In this document: positions 35,983-45,347 of the stretch, piece by piece | How positions within the stretch are numbered: position 1 is the stretch's first letter | How the letters are laid out: each line of letters begins with the position of its first letter | Assembly: GCA_038150305.1 (NCBI GenBank) | Contig: JAYOTG010000006.1 | Location: 9,073 to 73,072, forward strand | Origin: Candidatus Poseidoniales archaeon | GTDB lineage: Archaea > Thermoplasmatota > Poseidoniia > Poseidoniales > Poseidoniaceae | Length of the DNA stretch: 64,000 nt | Direction of reading: 5' to 3' | Made by a program: the position numbers and the translations under genes | Notes under the pieces: generated by a model | Told to the model about the DNA's origin: nothing | Seen by the model: only the letters and a program-made list of their open reading frames with translations | The model's database searches: none

Positions 35983-37385
35983 CCGATGGCTCCCTCCATC
36001 TCGATCTCAAGGAGCTTGTTGAGTTCCGAGGCGTATTCCATGGGAAGTTCGCGGGTAAATGGCTCAAAGAAGCCGTTCACGATGAGGCCCATCGCTTCAG
36101 CCTCGGTGTGACCTCGGCTCATGAGGTAGAAGAGTTGGTCGCCTGCAATCTTGGACACGGAGGCTTCGTGTTCAAGGTCGGCGGAGGCGTTGCCGACTTC
36201 CATCGTCGGGTAGGTGTCGCTGCGGCTGTCCGCATCGAGCATCAGGGCGTCACAAACCACCTTCGAGCGGCAACCCTCCGCTTTCGGACGCACCTGCAAC
36301 ATGCCGCGGTAGGTGGAGCGGCCGCCGTTCTTCGAGATGGATTTCGACAGGATGTTGGAGGTCGTGCGTGGCGCGAGGTGGTGCACCTTCGACCCCGCAT
36401 CCTGATGCTGGCCTTCTCCGGCGTAGGCCACAGAGATGATCTCCGCATGGGCGCCTTCGCCCTTCAGGATCACCGCGGGATACTTCATCGTCAATTTCGA
36501 GCCGATGTTGCCGTCCACCCATTCGACGGTGGCGTTGGCGTGCGCAACCCCGCGCTTGGTCACGAGGTTGTAGACGTTCGAGGACCAGTTCTGAATGGTC
36601 GAATAACGGATTTTTGCTCCGTCCATCGCCACAAGTTCGACCACAGCTGAGTGCAGCGAATCGGTGGAGTACGTCGGTGCTGTGCAACCTTCGACGTAGT
36701 GGATGGAGGACCCCTCGTCGGCGATGATGAGGGTGCGTTCGAATTGGCCCATGTTCTTCGCGTTGATGCGGAAGTAGGCCTGGACGGGCATTTCAACGTG
36801 AACGCCCTTCGGGACGTAAATGAACGAGCCGCCGGACCACACCGCGGTGTTGAGGGCACTGAACTTGTTGTCCGTGTAGGGGACGACGGTGTTGAAGAAG
36901 CGCTTGACAAGTTCAGGATGCTCGCGAAGGCCTGAATCCATGTCGAGGAAAAGGACGCCTTGGGCTTCCAAGTCCTCTCGGATGCTGTGGTAGACCGCCT
37001 CGGATTCGTACTGGGCGGTCACGCCTCCGAGCCACTTCTGTTCGGCGTCGGGGATGCCGAGCCGGTCAAAGGTACGCTTGATGTCTTCAGGAACATCGTC
37101 CCAATCGCGCTCGGTGCCTTCCGACGACCGCAGGAAGTAGGTAACGGCATCGAAGTCGATGCTGTTGAGCAGGGATTCGTTGCCCCAGTCGGGCATCGGT
37201 CGCTCGACGAAGTGGTGGTAGGCTTTGACCCTGATTTCCGTCATCCACTCCGGCTCGTCCTTGAGCGCGGAAATGTCGCGGACGACCTGCTCGCTGAGGC
37301 CCTTGTCGAAGCGGATGGTGGCCACTTCGGGATCGTGGAAACCGTAGCGGTACTCGCCGACCGCGTCCCTTGCTTCGTCGCTCAT
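35979..37385 (-). CDS. sufB: Fe-S cluster assembly scaffold SufB
   Basis: [52 protein letters not shown]. Highly conserved along its full length. Confidence 0.95.
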   Translation of the reverse strand: MSDEARDAVGEYRYGFHDPEVATIRFDKGLSEQVVRDISALKDEPEWMTEIRVKAYHHFVERPMPDWGNESLLNSIDFDAVTYFLRSSEGTERDWDDVPEDIKRTFDRLGIPDAEQKWLGGVTAQYESEAVYHSIREDLEAQGVLFLDMDSGLREHPELVKRFFNTVVPYTDNKFSALNTAVWSGGSFIYVPKGVHVEMPVQAYFRINAKNMGQFERTLIIADEGSSIHYVEGCTAPTYSTDSLHSAVVELVAMDGAKIRYSTIQNWSSNVYNLVTKRGVAHANATVEWVDGNIGSKLTMKYPAVILKGEGAHAEIISVAYAGEGQHQDAGSKVHHLAPRTTSNILSKSISKNGGRSTYRGMLQVRPKAEGCRSKVVCDALMLDADSRSDTYPTMEVGNASADLEHEASVSKIAGDQLFYLMSRGHTEAEAMGLIVNGFFEPFTRELPMEYASELNKLLEIEMEGAIG

Positions 37386-37394
37386 GTGCTCACC

Positions 37395-38141
37395 TCATGC
37401 CGTGGCAGGCATCAGCCACTCATAACCGTCCGCTTCAAGCCGTTGCGCCAATTCTGGACCACCGCTCTGGACGATACGTCCGTCGATCATCACGTGGACC
37501 ACGTCAGGGACCACCAATTCGAGCAGGCGGTTGTAGTGGGTGATGAGCAGCACGCCGCTTTCCTTGGAGAGGCTGTTGATGCCTTGGGCGACCGCCTTCA
37601 AAGCGTCAATGTCCAACCCGGAATCGGTTTCATCCAGGAGGGCCATCCGTGGTTGGAGGAGCAGCATCTGGAGGATTTCCAGTCGCTTCTTCTCGCCGCC
37701 ACTGAATCCGTCGTTGACGTAACGGCTCAGGAAGGACCGGTCCATGTTCAAGACCTCCATGGCCGCTTGGAGTTCCTGCCTGAAGGCGCGAGCCTTCGGG
37801 GCTTCGCCGCGCACGGCGGCGACGGACTTCCGCAGGAAGGTACCGACTTGGACCCCAGGGATGGCGTGCGGGTACTGGAAGGACAGAAACAGACCAGCGC
37901 GGGCACGCTCGTGAACTTCGAGTTCGGTCAAATCTTGGCCGTCGTAGTGAACGCTTCCCCCCGTGATCTCGTAGTCAGGGTGGCCCATGATGACCGAAGC
38001 GAGGGTGGATTTCCCTGCGCCGTTGAGGCCCATGATGGCATGAACCTCACCGGCTTTGATGGTCAGGTCAACACCGCGGAGGATTTCGGTCTCTTCCACG
38101 GTAGCGTGGAGGCCTTTGACGTCAAGCAGTCCGCCGGCCAT
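37395..38141 (-). CDS. sufC: Fe-S cluster assembly ATPase SufC
   Basis: GLNGAGKSTL, FSGGEKKRLEILQML and ALLDETDSGLD. Confidence 0.95.
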   Translation of the reverse strand: MAGGLLDVKGLHATVEETEILRGVDLTIKAGEVHAIMGLNGAGKSTLASVIMGHPDYEITGGSVHYDGQDLTELEVHERARAGLFLSFQYPHAIPGVQVGTFLRKSVAAVRGEAPKARAFRQELQAAMEVLNMDRSFLSRYVNDGFSGGEKKRLEILQMLLLQPRMALLDETDSGLDIDALKAVAQGINSLSKESGVLLITHYNRLLELVVPDVVHVMIDGRIVQSGGPELAQRLEADGYEWLMPATA

Positions 38142-38162
38142 GAATGTTGGTCCAAGCCCGGT

Positions 38163-38170
38163 CTTATGAA
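38163..38170 (-). promoter_or_regulatory. TATA-like box TTCATAAG 29 nt upstream of the sufC ATG
   Basis: The octamer is identical to the one at 8366..8373. A weaker TTCTAAGAT box at 38207..38215 (+) lies 28 nt upstream of the divergent nifU-like ATG. Confidence 0.4.
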
Positions 38171-38234
38171 GCGGATGGTTTCAGCAGACCCACTTCGGCC
38201 GCGAGTTCTAAGATGATGTGAGCGTGGGCTGTTC

Positions 38235-38702
38235 ATGGACGCGGAGGATTTGGTAGCGATGTACGCCGCCCAAGCCAAGGCTTCCATGGAGGCGGAAGCC
38301 AACAAACGGCTTGAGGCGTCGCTGAACCCTGAGGAGGAGGAACGCCTCAGGAATCTCCCGCTCTCCGACGCCGCCGGGACCTCTCATTTCGTGCCGGCCC
38401 TGCTGGCGCGCCTTGGCACCGTTCGTGCCGCGCTTGACGGCCATGGAGGTGGCATCAAGGTCACGCAACACGAGGTCACCTCAGATGGCCTTGACCTCGT
38501 TCTGGACTTGACTGGAGCGTGCGTGTCCTGTGGCGCCGCCCCGGGGACGCTGCAGGGCATCAAGGCCGACCTTGAAGCCGATCTGGAGGTGCATCGCTTG
38601 CGCTTCGACAGGGTGCTGCTCGACAGTTTTGACGACCTCGGCCGAGATTTCATTTTGGCCCACGGAAACGTAGAGTTCGTCGACGTGGGGGCGAACGCAT
38701 GA
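38235..38702 (+). CDS. NifU C-terminal (Nfu)-type Fe-S scaffold protein with N-terminal helical extension
   Basis: LGTVRAALDGHGGGIKV..LDLTGACVSCGAAPGTLQGIKADLE (CxxC Nfu motif). Confidence 0.75.
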   Translation: MDAEDLVAMYAAQAKASMEAEANKRLEASLNPEEEERLRNLPLSDAAGTSHFVPALLARLGTVRAALDGHGGGIKVTQHEVTSDGLDLVLDLTGACVSCGAAPGTLQGIKADLEADLEVHRLRFDRVLLDSFDDLGRDFILAHGNVEFVDVGANA

Positions 38703-39358
38703 GGGAAATCCGCCTCAGGTACGGATCGGATGTCTTGTTGGGCACGGAATTCGTGGAGCAGCTCAACCGCATCGAGGAATTCGAACTGCTGAACACGCTG
38801 GGCCGTTCAGATGCGAACGATGCGGTGACCGTCATGGTCCGGTTGCGCCTTGCGCCCGACGCCACCTTCGAGGACATCGACGACATCGCGTGGTTGAAGA
38901 TCGAGGAAGTCGTTCGATCGGAACCGACCGAAAACGGCGAGGCGCACTACGCCATCGTTCGTTTCACGCACCCGTTGGTCACCATCCCGCTGGAGGTGGG
39001 AGACGCCATCATCAGCCCAGGCACCCGCATCGGCCGGCGCGGGGCAGAGATCGTCCTCCGCGGTTCAAGCGACGGTTGCCAAGCCTTGGTGGCTGCCTTC
39101 CGGTTGTGGAACGACCGATGCACCGTCGCCGTGGTCCGCTCGGGTGATGCCGACCATGACGCCGATGCTGGTTTGACCCCTCAGCAAGTTGAGGCGGCTC
39201 GACTGGCGTGGTCCATGGGTTACTTCGACGTGCCCAGAGGCTGCGCCCTGAGCGACATCGCCAAGGCCGCAGGTGTGTCCAACGCCACCATCAGCGGCCA
39301 CCTGAGGGAAGTGGATCGGGTCGCACACCGCCGATTGCTCGATTGGATTGGCGAATGA
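38699..39358 (+). CDS. HTH_10 (bacterio-opsin-activator type HTH) transcription regulator
   Basis: The C-terminus LTPQQVEAARLAWSMGYFDVPRGCALSDIAKAAGVSNATISGHLREVDRVAHRRLL is the classic GYF(D/E)xPR + HTH pattern. ATGA overlap with the nifU-like stop. Confidence 0.7.
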   Translation: MREIRLRYGSDVLLGTEFVEQLNRIEEFELLNTLGRSDANDAVTVMVRLRLAPDATFEDIDDIAWLKIEEVVRSEPTENGEAHYAIVRFTHPLVTIPLEVGDAIISPGTRIGRRGAEIVLRGSSDGCQALVAAFRLWNDRCTVAVVRSGDADHDADAGLTPQQVEAARLAWSMGYFDVPRGCALSDIAKAAGVSNATISGHLREVDRVAHRRLLDWIGE

Positions 39359-39400
39359 CGTCAGCGACAGGCCCAAAGGCGAAACAACGGACGTGGCGGC

Positions 39401-40078
39401 ATGAAGGAGGTTCGGCTGCGCTATCCTGCCCACGTCATCGCGAATTCAGAGTTCAATGACCAGATCTCGATTTGTCAAGAGGCCGTGCTGATGGCCAGCG
39501 TGAGCCGCCATTACGAGCAGGACACCATCGTTTACGTGCTCCAGCTTACGCTCGCCGAGAGGATGACGGTCGAAGACATCGACCGCGTGCCGTGGTTCAG
39601 GCTCATCGAGGTGATTGGCGAAGAGATCGTGGGCGGTCGCGTGCTGGTCACGGCTCTGGTTGAAAATTCACATGAACTGCTGAAACTTGGCCGAGACATC
39701 TGGAATGCCGTGGTGGCTCCTGGTTCATCCATCGGCGTTTCCGGTGCGAACATCATCGTACGTGGGACACCAGCTGGCTGCAGTGCGATGGTCAAGGGAT
39801 TCCAGTCGTGGAATCCCAACGGAACGGTCTCTGTTGTCCGCCTCACCGAGCAGGAAGGCAGCGATTTCGCCGGACTGACCGAGCATCAGATGCATGCCTT
39901 CTCGACGGCGTGGAGGTTGGGCTACTTCGAACGCCCAAGAAAATGCACGCTGGCCGACGTGGCCACCGAAATTGGGGTCTCACGAGCGACGATTAGCGGC
40001 CACTTGGGCGCCGTCGAAAACACCGCACATCGGCGTCTTGCAGCACGGCTTGGCCTACGTGGCGATGGAACGCTTTGA
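39401..40078 (+). CDS. HTH_10 family transcription regulator, paralog of 38699..39358
   Basis: Colinear with the upstream gene: MKEVRLRY.., VEDIDRVPW.., IIVRGTPAGC.., LTEHQMHAFSTAWRLGYFERPRKCTLADVATEIGVSRATISGHL. Confidence 0.7.
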   Translation: MKEVRLRYPAHVIANSEFNDQISICQEAVLMASVSRHYEQDTIVYVLQLTLAERMTVEDIDRVPWFRLIEVIGEEIVGGRVLVTALVENSHELLKLGRDIWNAVVAPGSSIGVSGANIIVRGTPAGCSAMVKGFQSWNPNGTVSVVRLTEQEGSDFAGLTEHQMHAFSTAWRLGYFERPRKCTLADVATEIGVSRATISGHLGAVENTAHRRLAARLGLRGDGTL

Positions 40079-40081
40079 AGG
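40074..40081 (+). promoter_or_regulatory. TATA-like box TTTGAAGG 29 nt upstream of the tgtA ATG
   Basis: Overlaps the stop codon of the upstream HTH gene. The spacing matches the other boxes. Confidence 0.25.
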
Positions 40082-40102
40082 ACAAGGTGCAGTGCGTAGG
40101 CC

Positions 40103-42298
40103 ATGGCGGCGTGGCGCGAGGATGCACGGGACAATCCGAAACCCTCTCGCGAGGCTCACATCGGCCGCTTTGAGGTCAAGGCACGCGACGGGAGAGCACG
40201 CGTTGGTGCCCTGTCCACAGCGCATGGTGAGGTTACCACGCCAACGCTGTTGCCGGTCATCAATCCGAACCTCCGAACCATTGAACCTCGTGAGATGTGG
40301 GACACCTACGGCATCGAGATGCTCATCACGAACAGCTACATCATTTGGAAGCACGAGAAACTACGCCAGCATGCGCTCAAGCATGGTGTGCATGACCTGC
40401 TGGATTACCCCGGCGCCATCATGACCGATTCGGGCACCTTTCAGGCCTACGTGTACGGGGACGTTGAAGTCGGCGTGGAAGAAATCGTGACCTTTCAACG
40501 CGACATCGGCGTTGACGTCGCAACCATGCTCGACGTGTTCACCCGCCCAGACATGACCCGCGACGAGGTGCACGAGGCGGTGGTTGAAACCACAGCGCGC
40601 GCCGAGGCCAGCCTTGCGGCCGCCGGATCGACGATGCTCAACGGTCCGATACAAGGTGGGCTGCATCCTGACCTGCGCCGCATGAGCGCCCGCGGCATGG
40701 GCGCTCACGGGTTCAGCGTTCACCCCATCGGTGGCATCGTGCCGGTGATGGAGCAGCAGCGCTATGCTGATTTGGCGCGCATCATGCTCGCGTCCATGCC
40801 GGAACTTCCCCCAGAACGTCCGGTGCACATGTTTGGCTGCGGACATCCAATGCTCTTTCCCATGCTCATCGCGCTGGGCGCAGACCTCTTCGATTCAGCC
40901 GCGTATGCGCTGTTTGCCAGGGATAACCGCATGTTGACACCGACCGGAACCGTGCATCTTGAGGACCTCAGGGAATGGCCTGTGCTGATGCCGTGCGTGG
41001 TTTCTGTGACGCCAGAAGACGTCCGGAAGATGGACGACGACGAACGCATGGTGCTCCTTTCGCGGTTCAATCTTGAGGTGACTTTGGCCGAACTTGCCGC
41101 CTGCCGTCAGGCCGTCCATGATGGACGGATTTGGGAACGCGCCGAACGCCGCAGTCACGCACATCCGGCGCTCCGCGAGGCCTTCCTCTGGTTGACCACC
41201 TCTCCCGCACGTGGAACCGCTCCAATTCCCGCGGCCGAGCACCTCCTGATGAACGACCGAGCAGCAGCCAGCGACACGTCGCCTGCGCGTGGCCAGTGGG
41301 AATCGGCGTGGGATTGGGTCGTTGAAGCACAGAACACGCCCGGACAGGGTGCCCTTCGCTGGGCCGGCGAGGACACCTTCGTCCGTCCCTCGGTCGTCGC
41401 ATCACGTCGGCGCCTTCACCGCGCGTGGAGGCCGGCTTCGGACGACGGGGCCGTCGTCATCCTTCATGGCGCACCTGGGCCATGGCGGGACCGCGCAGGG
41501 GCCCACGTGATGCGGGCCCGTGCCGCCAACCCCGGCCTCGAGGTGCTGGTGCTCAGCCCCATCGGCCTTGTGCCGTGGTCGTTCGAAGATCTGCAACCCT
41601 TTGCCCACGTCGAAGGGCCGGAATGGCTCTGGCGCCGACCGGTGGACCATGCTTGGGTGCGCCGTGAATTGGCGCGCTTGCATCTCGATCAGCGGCCTTT
41701 CGTCACGGTTGACCTTCGCGCCGACAGCGTGGGCGATGCCTTTGATGCAGCTTTGCGTGACGCAGGCCTTGAGGCGAGGGTGGCCCCTGACGCCGATGGC
41801 CTCAAAGAGGTCGGCCTCGCGATGCTTCGCGCTCAAACCGTGGACAAGAGCATGCTCGAATTGAACCTTGAACGCTCCGTCGCGACAAATTTTGTCGGCC
41901 AAGCCACCTTTGTCATGAGCAGCACGGGGCGGGTGCGGAACGTCAAGGACAACCAAGGCCGGCACATCCTGTCGCCCCGCCTCGGCAACGGCGGTTTGTC
42001 CCTGACCGATGAAGGCGCGAAGGTCCTGCATGCCCTTGGCCTCGACCACGAGGCCGCACCTGCGACCATCACCGTGGTCGAAGACGCGGTGCCCTTTGTC
42101 GGTGCAGGGCGCAACGTCATGCACGGCTTCATCCTCGCCGCTTCGGAGCACCTGCGCCCGGGTGCCTCCTGCTTGGTGCTCGACCCTGAAGGTGCCCTTG
42201 TCGCCCACGGCGTGGCCCAATGCACGGCGAAAGAAGCCATGGCGATGCAGAAGGGCATCGCGGTGCGCGTCCGAGGTGGCCTGCAGCCCTCTTCTTAA
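40103..42298 (+). CDS. tgtA: archaeosine tRNA-guanine transglycosylase (ArcTGT) with PUA domain
   Basis: FEVKARDGRARVGALSTAHGEVTTPTLLPVINPN, IMTDSGTFQ (catalytic Asp), VHMFGCGHPMLFPMLIALGADLFDSAAY, and the C-terminal PUA VEDAVPFVGAGRNVMHGFI..GIAVRVRGG. At 731 aa it is long for the family. Confidence 0.85.
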   Translation: MAAWREDARDNPKPSREAHIGRFEVKARDGRARVGALSTAHGEVTTPTLLPVINPNLRTIEPREMWDTYGIEMLITNSYIIWKHEKLRQHALKHGVHDLLDYPGAIMTDSGTFQAYVYGDVEVGVEEIVTFQRDIGVDVATMLDVFTRPDMTRDEVHEAVVETTARAEASLAAAGSTMLNGPIQGGLHPDLRRMSARGMGAHGFSVHPIGGIVPVMEQQRYADLARIMLASMPELPPERPVHMFGCGHPMLFPMLIALGADLFDSAAYALFARDNRMLTPTGTVHLEDLREWPVLMPCVVSVTPEDVRKMDDDERMVLLSRFNLEVTLAELAACRQAVHDGRIWERAERRSHAHPALREAFLWLTTSPARGTAPIPAAEHLLMNDRAAASDTSPARGQWESAWDWVVEAQNTPGQGALRWAGEDTFVRPSVVASRRRLHRAWRPASDDGAVVILHGAPGPWRDRAGAHVMRARAANPGLEVLVLSPIGLVPWSFEDLQPFAHVEGPEWLWRRPVDHAWVRRELARLHLDQRPFVTVDLRADSVGDAFDAALRDAGLEARVAPDADGLKEVGLAMLRAQTVDKSMLELNLERSVATNFVGQATFVMSSTGRVRNVKDNQGRHILSPRLGNGGLSLTDEGAKVLHALGLDHEAAPATITVVEDAVPFVGAGRNVMHGFILAASEHLRPGASCLVLDPEGALVAHGVAQCTAKEAMAMQKGIAVRVRGGLQPSS

Positions 42299-42346
42299 GC
42301 CCATGTTGGGGTCGGGTTGAAAGGCCCTCCACGCCAACCGCGGCCC

Positions 42347-43321
42347 ATGGTCGAAGCGCGTGCACCCATTGTGCACACGAAGGCGCTGACCAAAGCATAC
42401 GGAGAGCACGTGGCCTTGAACGCCCTCGATCTGCAAATCGAGGCGGGCGCCACCGGGCTACTGGGCGCCAACGGCGCAGGGAAATCCACGCTGCTCAAGA
42501 CCCTTCTCGGCCTCATCCAAGTGACCTCCGGAGAGGGCCATGTCCTCGGCCATGACATCCGCACCGAGGGGCCGAGCATCAGGCAGCGCATCGGCTACAT
42601 GCCGGAGTACGAAGCGCTGGATCCTCGCATGGACGGCATCCATCAGGTCCGCTACGCAGGTGAATTGCTCGGCATGAATCCGGTCGTGGCCATGCAGCGG
42701 GCCCACCAGTGCCTCGAATACGTCGGACTCGGCGAACAACGCTACCGTCGGATTGACGGGTACTCCACGGGCATGCGGCAGGCCACCAAACTCGCGTGCG
42801 CCATCGTTCACGACCCTGAGATGATCATCGCCGATGAGCCGTCCAACGGTCTCGACGCTGCGGCGCGTGATTTCATGCTTCAGACCTTGGACACAACGGT
42901 GCGAAACGGCCAGCGGAGCGTGCTGATGGCCTCGCACCTGATGGACGACGTCGAGCAGGTCTGCGAACGCATCGTGCTCTTGCACAAGGGGCGGCTCGTT
43001 GCAGAGGGCAAGATCGAGGACCTGAAGGCCATCGACCGCGAGTACGAAGTGCACGTATGGGGCGCGGCCGATGCGATGGAGCGCGGCATGCTTGACCGAG
43101 GCTTGCGCGTCCGGCGCCAAGGGCGGGTCATGCGCGTTGCCGACGACCGCGAGGATCTGCCGCGCGAGGTGCTTGAGGTGGCCGCCTCCACCGGCGCTCA
43201 AGTGCGCCGCCTCCACACCTACGAGGCCTCCCTCGAAGACCTGTTCATCGCCATCATGGAACGGCTTGGCCACGACGTCAAGTCCAGCGAAGATTTGCTC
43301 GCTGGGGGTGGGAAGGGATGA
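42347..43321 (+). CDS. ABC transporter ATP-binding protein (cassette 1)
   Basis: GANGAGKSTLLK, YSTGMRQATKLA, IIADEPSNGLD and a roughly 100-aa C-terminal extension. The track start at 42317 is a TTG; ATG is at 42347. Confidence 0.85.
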   Translation: MVEARAPIVHTKALTKAYGEHVALNALDLQIEAGATGLLGANGAGKSTLLKTLLGLIQVTSGEGHVLGHDIRTEGPSIRQRIGYMPEYEALDPRMDGIHQVRYAGELLGMNPVVAMQRAHQCLEYVGLGEQRYRRIDGYSTGMRQATKLACAIVHDPEMIIADEPSNGLDAAARDFMLQTLDTTVRNGQRSVLMASHLMDDVEQVCERIVLLHKGRLVAEGKIEDLKAIDREYEVHVWGAADAMERGMLDRGLRVRRQGRVMRVADDREDLPREVLEVAASTGAQVRRLHTYEASLEDLFIAIMERLGHDVKSSEDLLAGGGKG

Positions 43322-44355
43322 GCGAGGAGGCGGCCGGACACACGGCGGTCGAAGAGATCGACGAGGAGGTCCGCTTCGATGAAGCCTCGCCCGTCACCGG
43401 TGCATCGAGGATCGAAGCCGCGTACTCCGCGGACGACGCGGGACAGGCCAGCGTCGCGAAATCCGGGCCGAGCGGGCAGGTCTTCACCCAAACCTACCTG
43501 CCGTGGACGGGGACGCTGAACCCTCGCTGGGCGCGCAATTACGCCGTGTACCGGCATCACATGCTCGGTTTGGTCAAGAGCGGTCACCGTCCTTGGCCCA
43601 TTTTGGTGCGCGTCTACCTCGTGCTGGTCCTCATCGGATCGATTGGGGACATTTTCCCGGTGCTGCTCGGCTCTTTGTTCGGTGAGGGCTTCGGCCAAGT
43701 CTTCATGGTCAGCAGGGACAGTTTGTACGCGCACGTGCTCGGCTTCTTCCCAAGAAACGTCCTCTACTACCCGGTGGTTACGGCGCTCATCGTCGGCACC
43801 ATGATCTCAGAGGACCGCTTGAACGGGACGTCTGCGCTTTACTTCAGCCGACCCATCACGCGCCTCGATTACGTCGCCATGAAGTACCTCGCCGCCGCGA
43901 CGGTCCTGTTCATCCTGTGCGTCTTCAGCCTGTTCGTCTACTACACCGTCGAGGTGCTGGCCATGGGGCGCGGCTGGGCGTGGATCGTCGACACCTTCCC
44001 CATCTTGCTTGGGGCCACAGCGGCCGGCATGCTGCTCGTCGTGACCTACACCTCACTTGGTTTGGGGATGTCAAGCGTGTCCACAAACGGCTTCTTCCCT
44101 GCCATCGGTCTGCTCGCCTTGGTGCTGGGGTCGAAATCCGTGGCCTTCCTTGTCGCCCTGATCTTCGAGCAGGACGTGCTCTACCTCTTCTCACCGTACG
44201 ATGCCTTGGCCAACGTCGGTCAAGCTTTGGTGGGCACCGAATCCAACTACAGCATCCCGTGGACCTGGTCGCTGGTCTCTGTGGTGGCGATGAACGTGCT
44301 CTCCCTGTATCTGCTGGCCAACCGCGTGGCGAGCATGGAGGTGACCCGGGAATGA
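43318..44355 (+). CDS. ABC-2 type permease-like membrane protein (cassette 1)
   Basis: Acidic N-terminal tail followed by about 6 TM helices. MISEDRLNGTSALYFSRPITRLDY matches the ABC-2 E..GT..L...P..R motif. ATGA overlap with the upstream stop. Confidence 0.65.
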   Translation: MSEEAAGHTAVEEIDEEVRFDEASPVTGASRIEAAYSADDAGQASVAKSGPSGQVFTQTYLPWTGTLNPRWARNYAVYRHHMLGLVKSGHRPWPILVRVYLVLVLIGSIGDIFPVLLGSLFGEGFGQVFMVSRDSLYAHVLGFFPRNVLYYPVVTALIVGTMISEDRLNGTSALYFSRPITRLDYVAMKYLAAATVLFILCVFSLFVYYTVEVLAMGRGWAWIVDTFPILLGATAAGMLLVVTYTSLGLGMSSVSTNGFFPAIGLLALVLGSKSVAFLVALIFEQDVLYLFSPYDALANVGQALVGTESNYSIPWTWSLVSVVAMNVLSLYLLANRVASMEVTRE

Positions 44356-45347
44356 TACCGGACCTCAGCCAGGTTGGGCCGGCAACGGAACCGGTCATCG
44401 AACCGGTTCCGGAGAAGATTCCCGCGGTGGTTTTCGACCGCGTCGGGAAAACCTACGGTCGTATTCATGCGCTGAGTCAGATCAATTTGGCCATCTCCGG
44501 CGGCGTAACGGGTATCCTCGGGCTCAACGGTGCAGGAAAATCGACCCTGTTCAACCTCCTGATGGGCCGGTGCAAGCCGACCACCGGGCAGGTTCGCCTG
44601 TTCGGCATCGACCCGTGGCAGGACCCCACGCCGTACGGCCGGGTCGGTTTCGTGCCCGAATCCGAGAAACTCCACGACTGGATGACCGCCTTCGACTTCG
44701 TGACCACCTTCGCGAGGCTGCACGGTTTCACGCGGGACGAAGCGAAGGTCGAAGCCGAGCGGGTGCTCGATTTTGTGAACCTGAAGGAGGTGATGCACAC
44801 CCAGATCGGGCGCTATTCGAAGGGCATGCGGCAGCGGGTGAAAATCGCGCACGCGCTGGTCAACGATCCTGACCTCATCGTGCTCGACGAACCCCTCACG
44901 GGGTGTGATCCCTTGGCGCGGACCACGATCATGAACGTGGTCAGGGAGCTTGGCCGAATGGGCCGCACGGTCTTGGTCAGCAGCCACATCTTGGGCGAGA
45001 TTGAACGCATCACCGAACAAATTGTGCTGCTTCACCGTGGCCAAGTGCTCGCGCTTGGAAACGTGCACGGCATCCGTGAACAACTCGACCGCATCCCACA
45101 CCGCATCCACATCCATTGTGAGGAGGCGAAGCGCCTGGCGAAGTCGATCATCGACATGGACGACGTCCATGGCGTGATGATCCCGTCGTCAGGTGTGGTG
45201 GATGTCCTGACCCACGACCTTGGTGCTGTGCATCAACACCTGCCGGCCCTCCTCATTGACGGTCAGTTCAAAGTGACCCGGATTGAGAATCCAGACGATG
45301 ACCTCGAATCGGTCATCGGCCATCTTGTCGGTGGAGGTGGACGCTGA
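44352..45347 (+). CDS. ABC transporter ATP-binding protein (cassette 2)
   Basis: GLNGAGKSTLFN, YSKGMRQRVKIA and IVLDEPLTGCD. ATG 44352 overlaps the upstream TGA. The track ORF start at 43917 lies inside the permease gene. Confidence 0.85.
   Translation: MIPDLSQVGPATEPVIEPVPEKIPAVVFDRVGKTYGRIHALSQINLAISGGVTGILGLNGAGKSTLFNLLMGRCKPTTGQVRLFGIDPWQDPTPYGRVGFVPESEKLHDWMTAFDFVTTFARLHGFTRDEAKVEAERVLDFVNLKEVMHTQIGRYSKGMRQRVKIAHALVNDPDLIVLDEPLTGCDPLARTTIMNVVRELGRMGRTVLVSSHILGEIERITEQIVLLHRGQVLALGNVHGIREQLDRIPHRIHIHCEEAKRLAKSIIDMDDVHGVMIPSSGVVDVLTHDLGAVHQHLPALLIDGQFKVTRIENPDDDLESVIGHLVGGGGR

Noticed and set aside
33946-38216. Long + strand ORFs (33946..35607, 553 aa; 35931..36650; 36960..38216, 418 aa) across the suf operon
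   Set aside because: They are antisense to highly conserved sufS, sufD, sufB and sufC. They are compositional artefacts of high GC.
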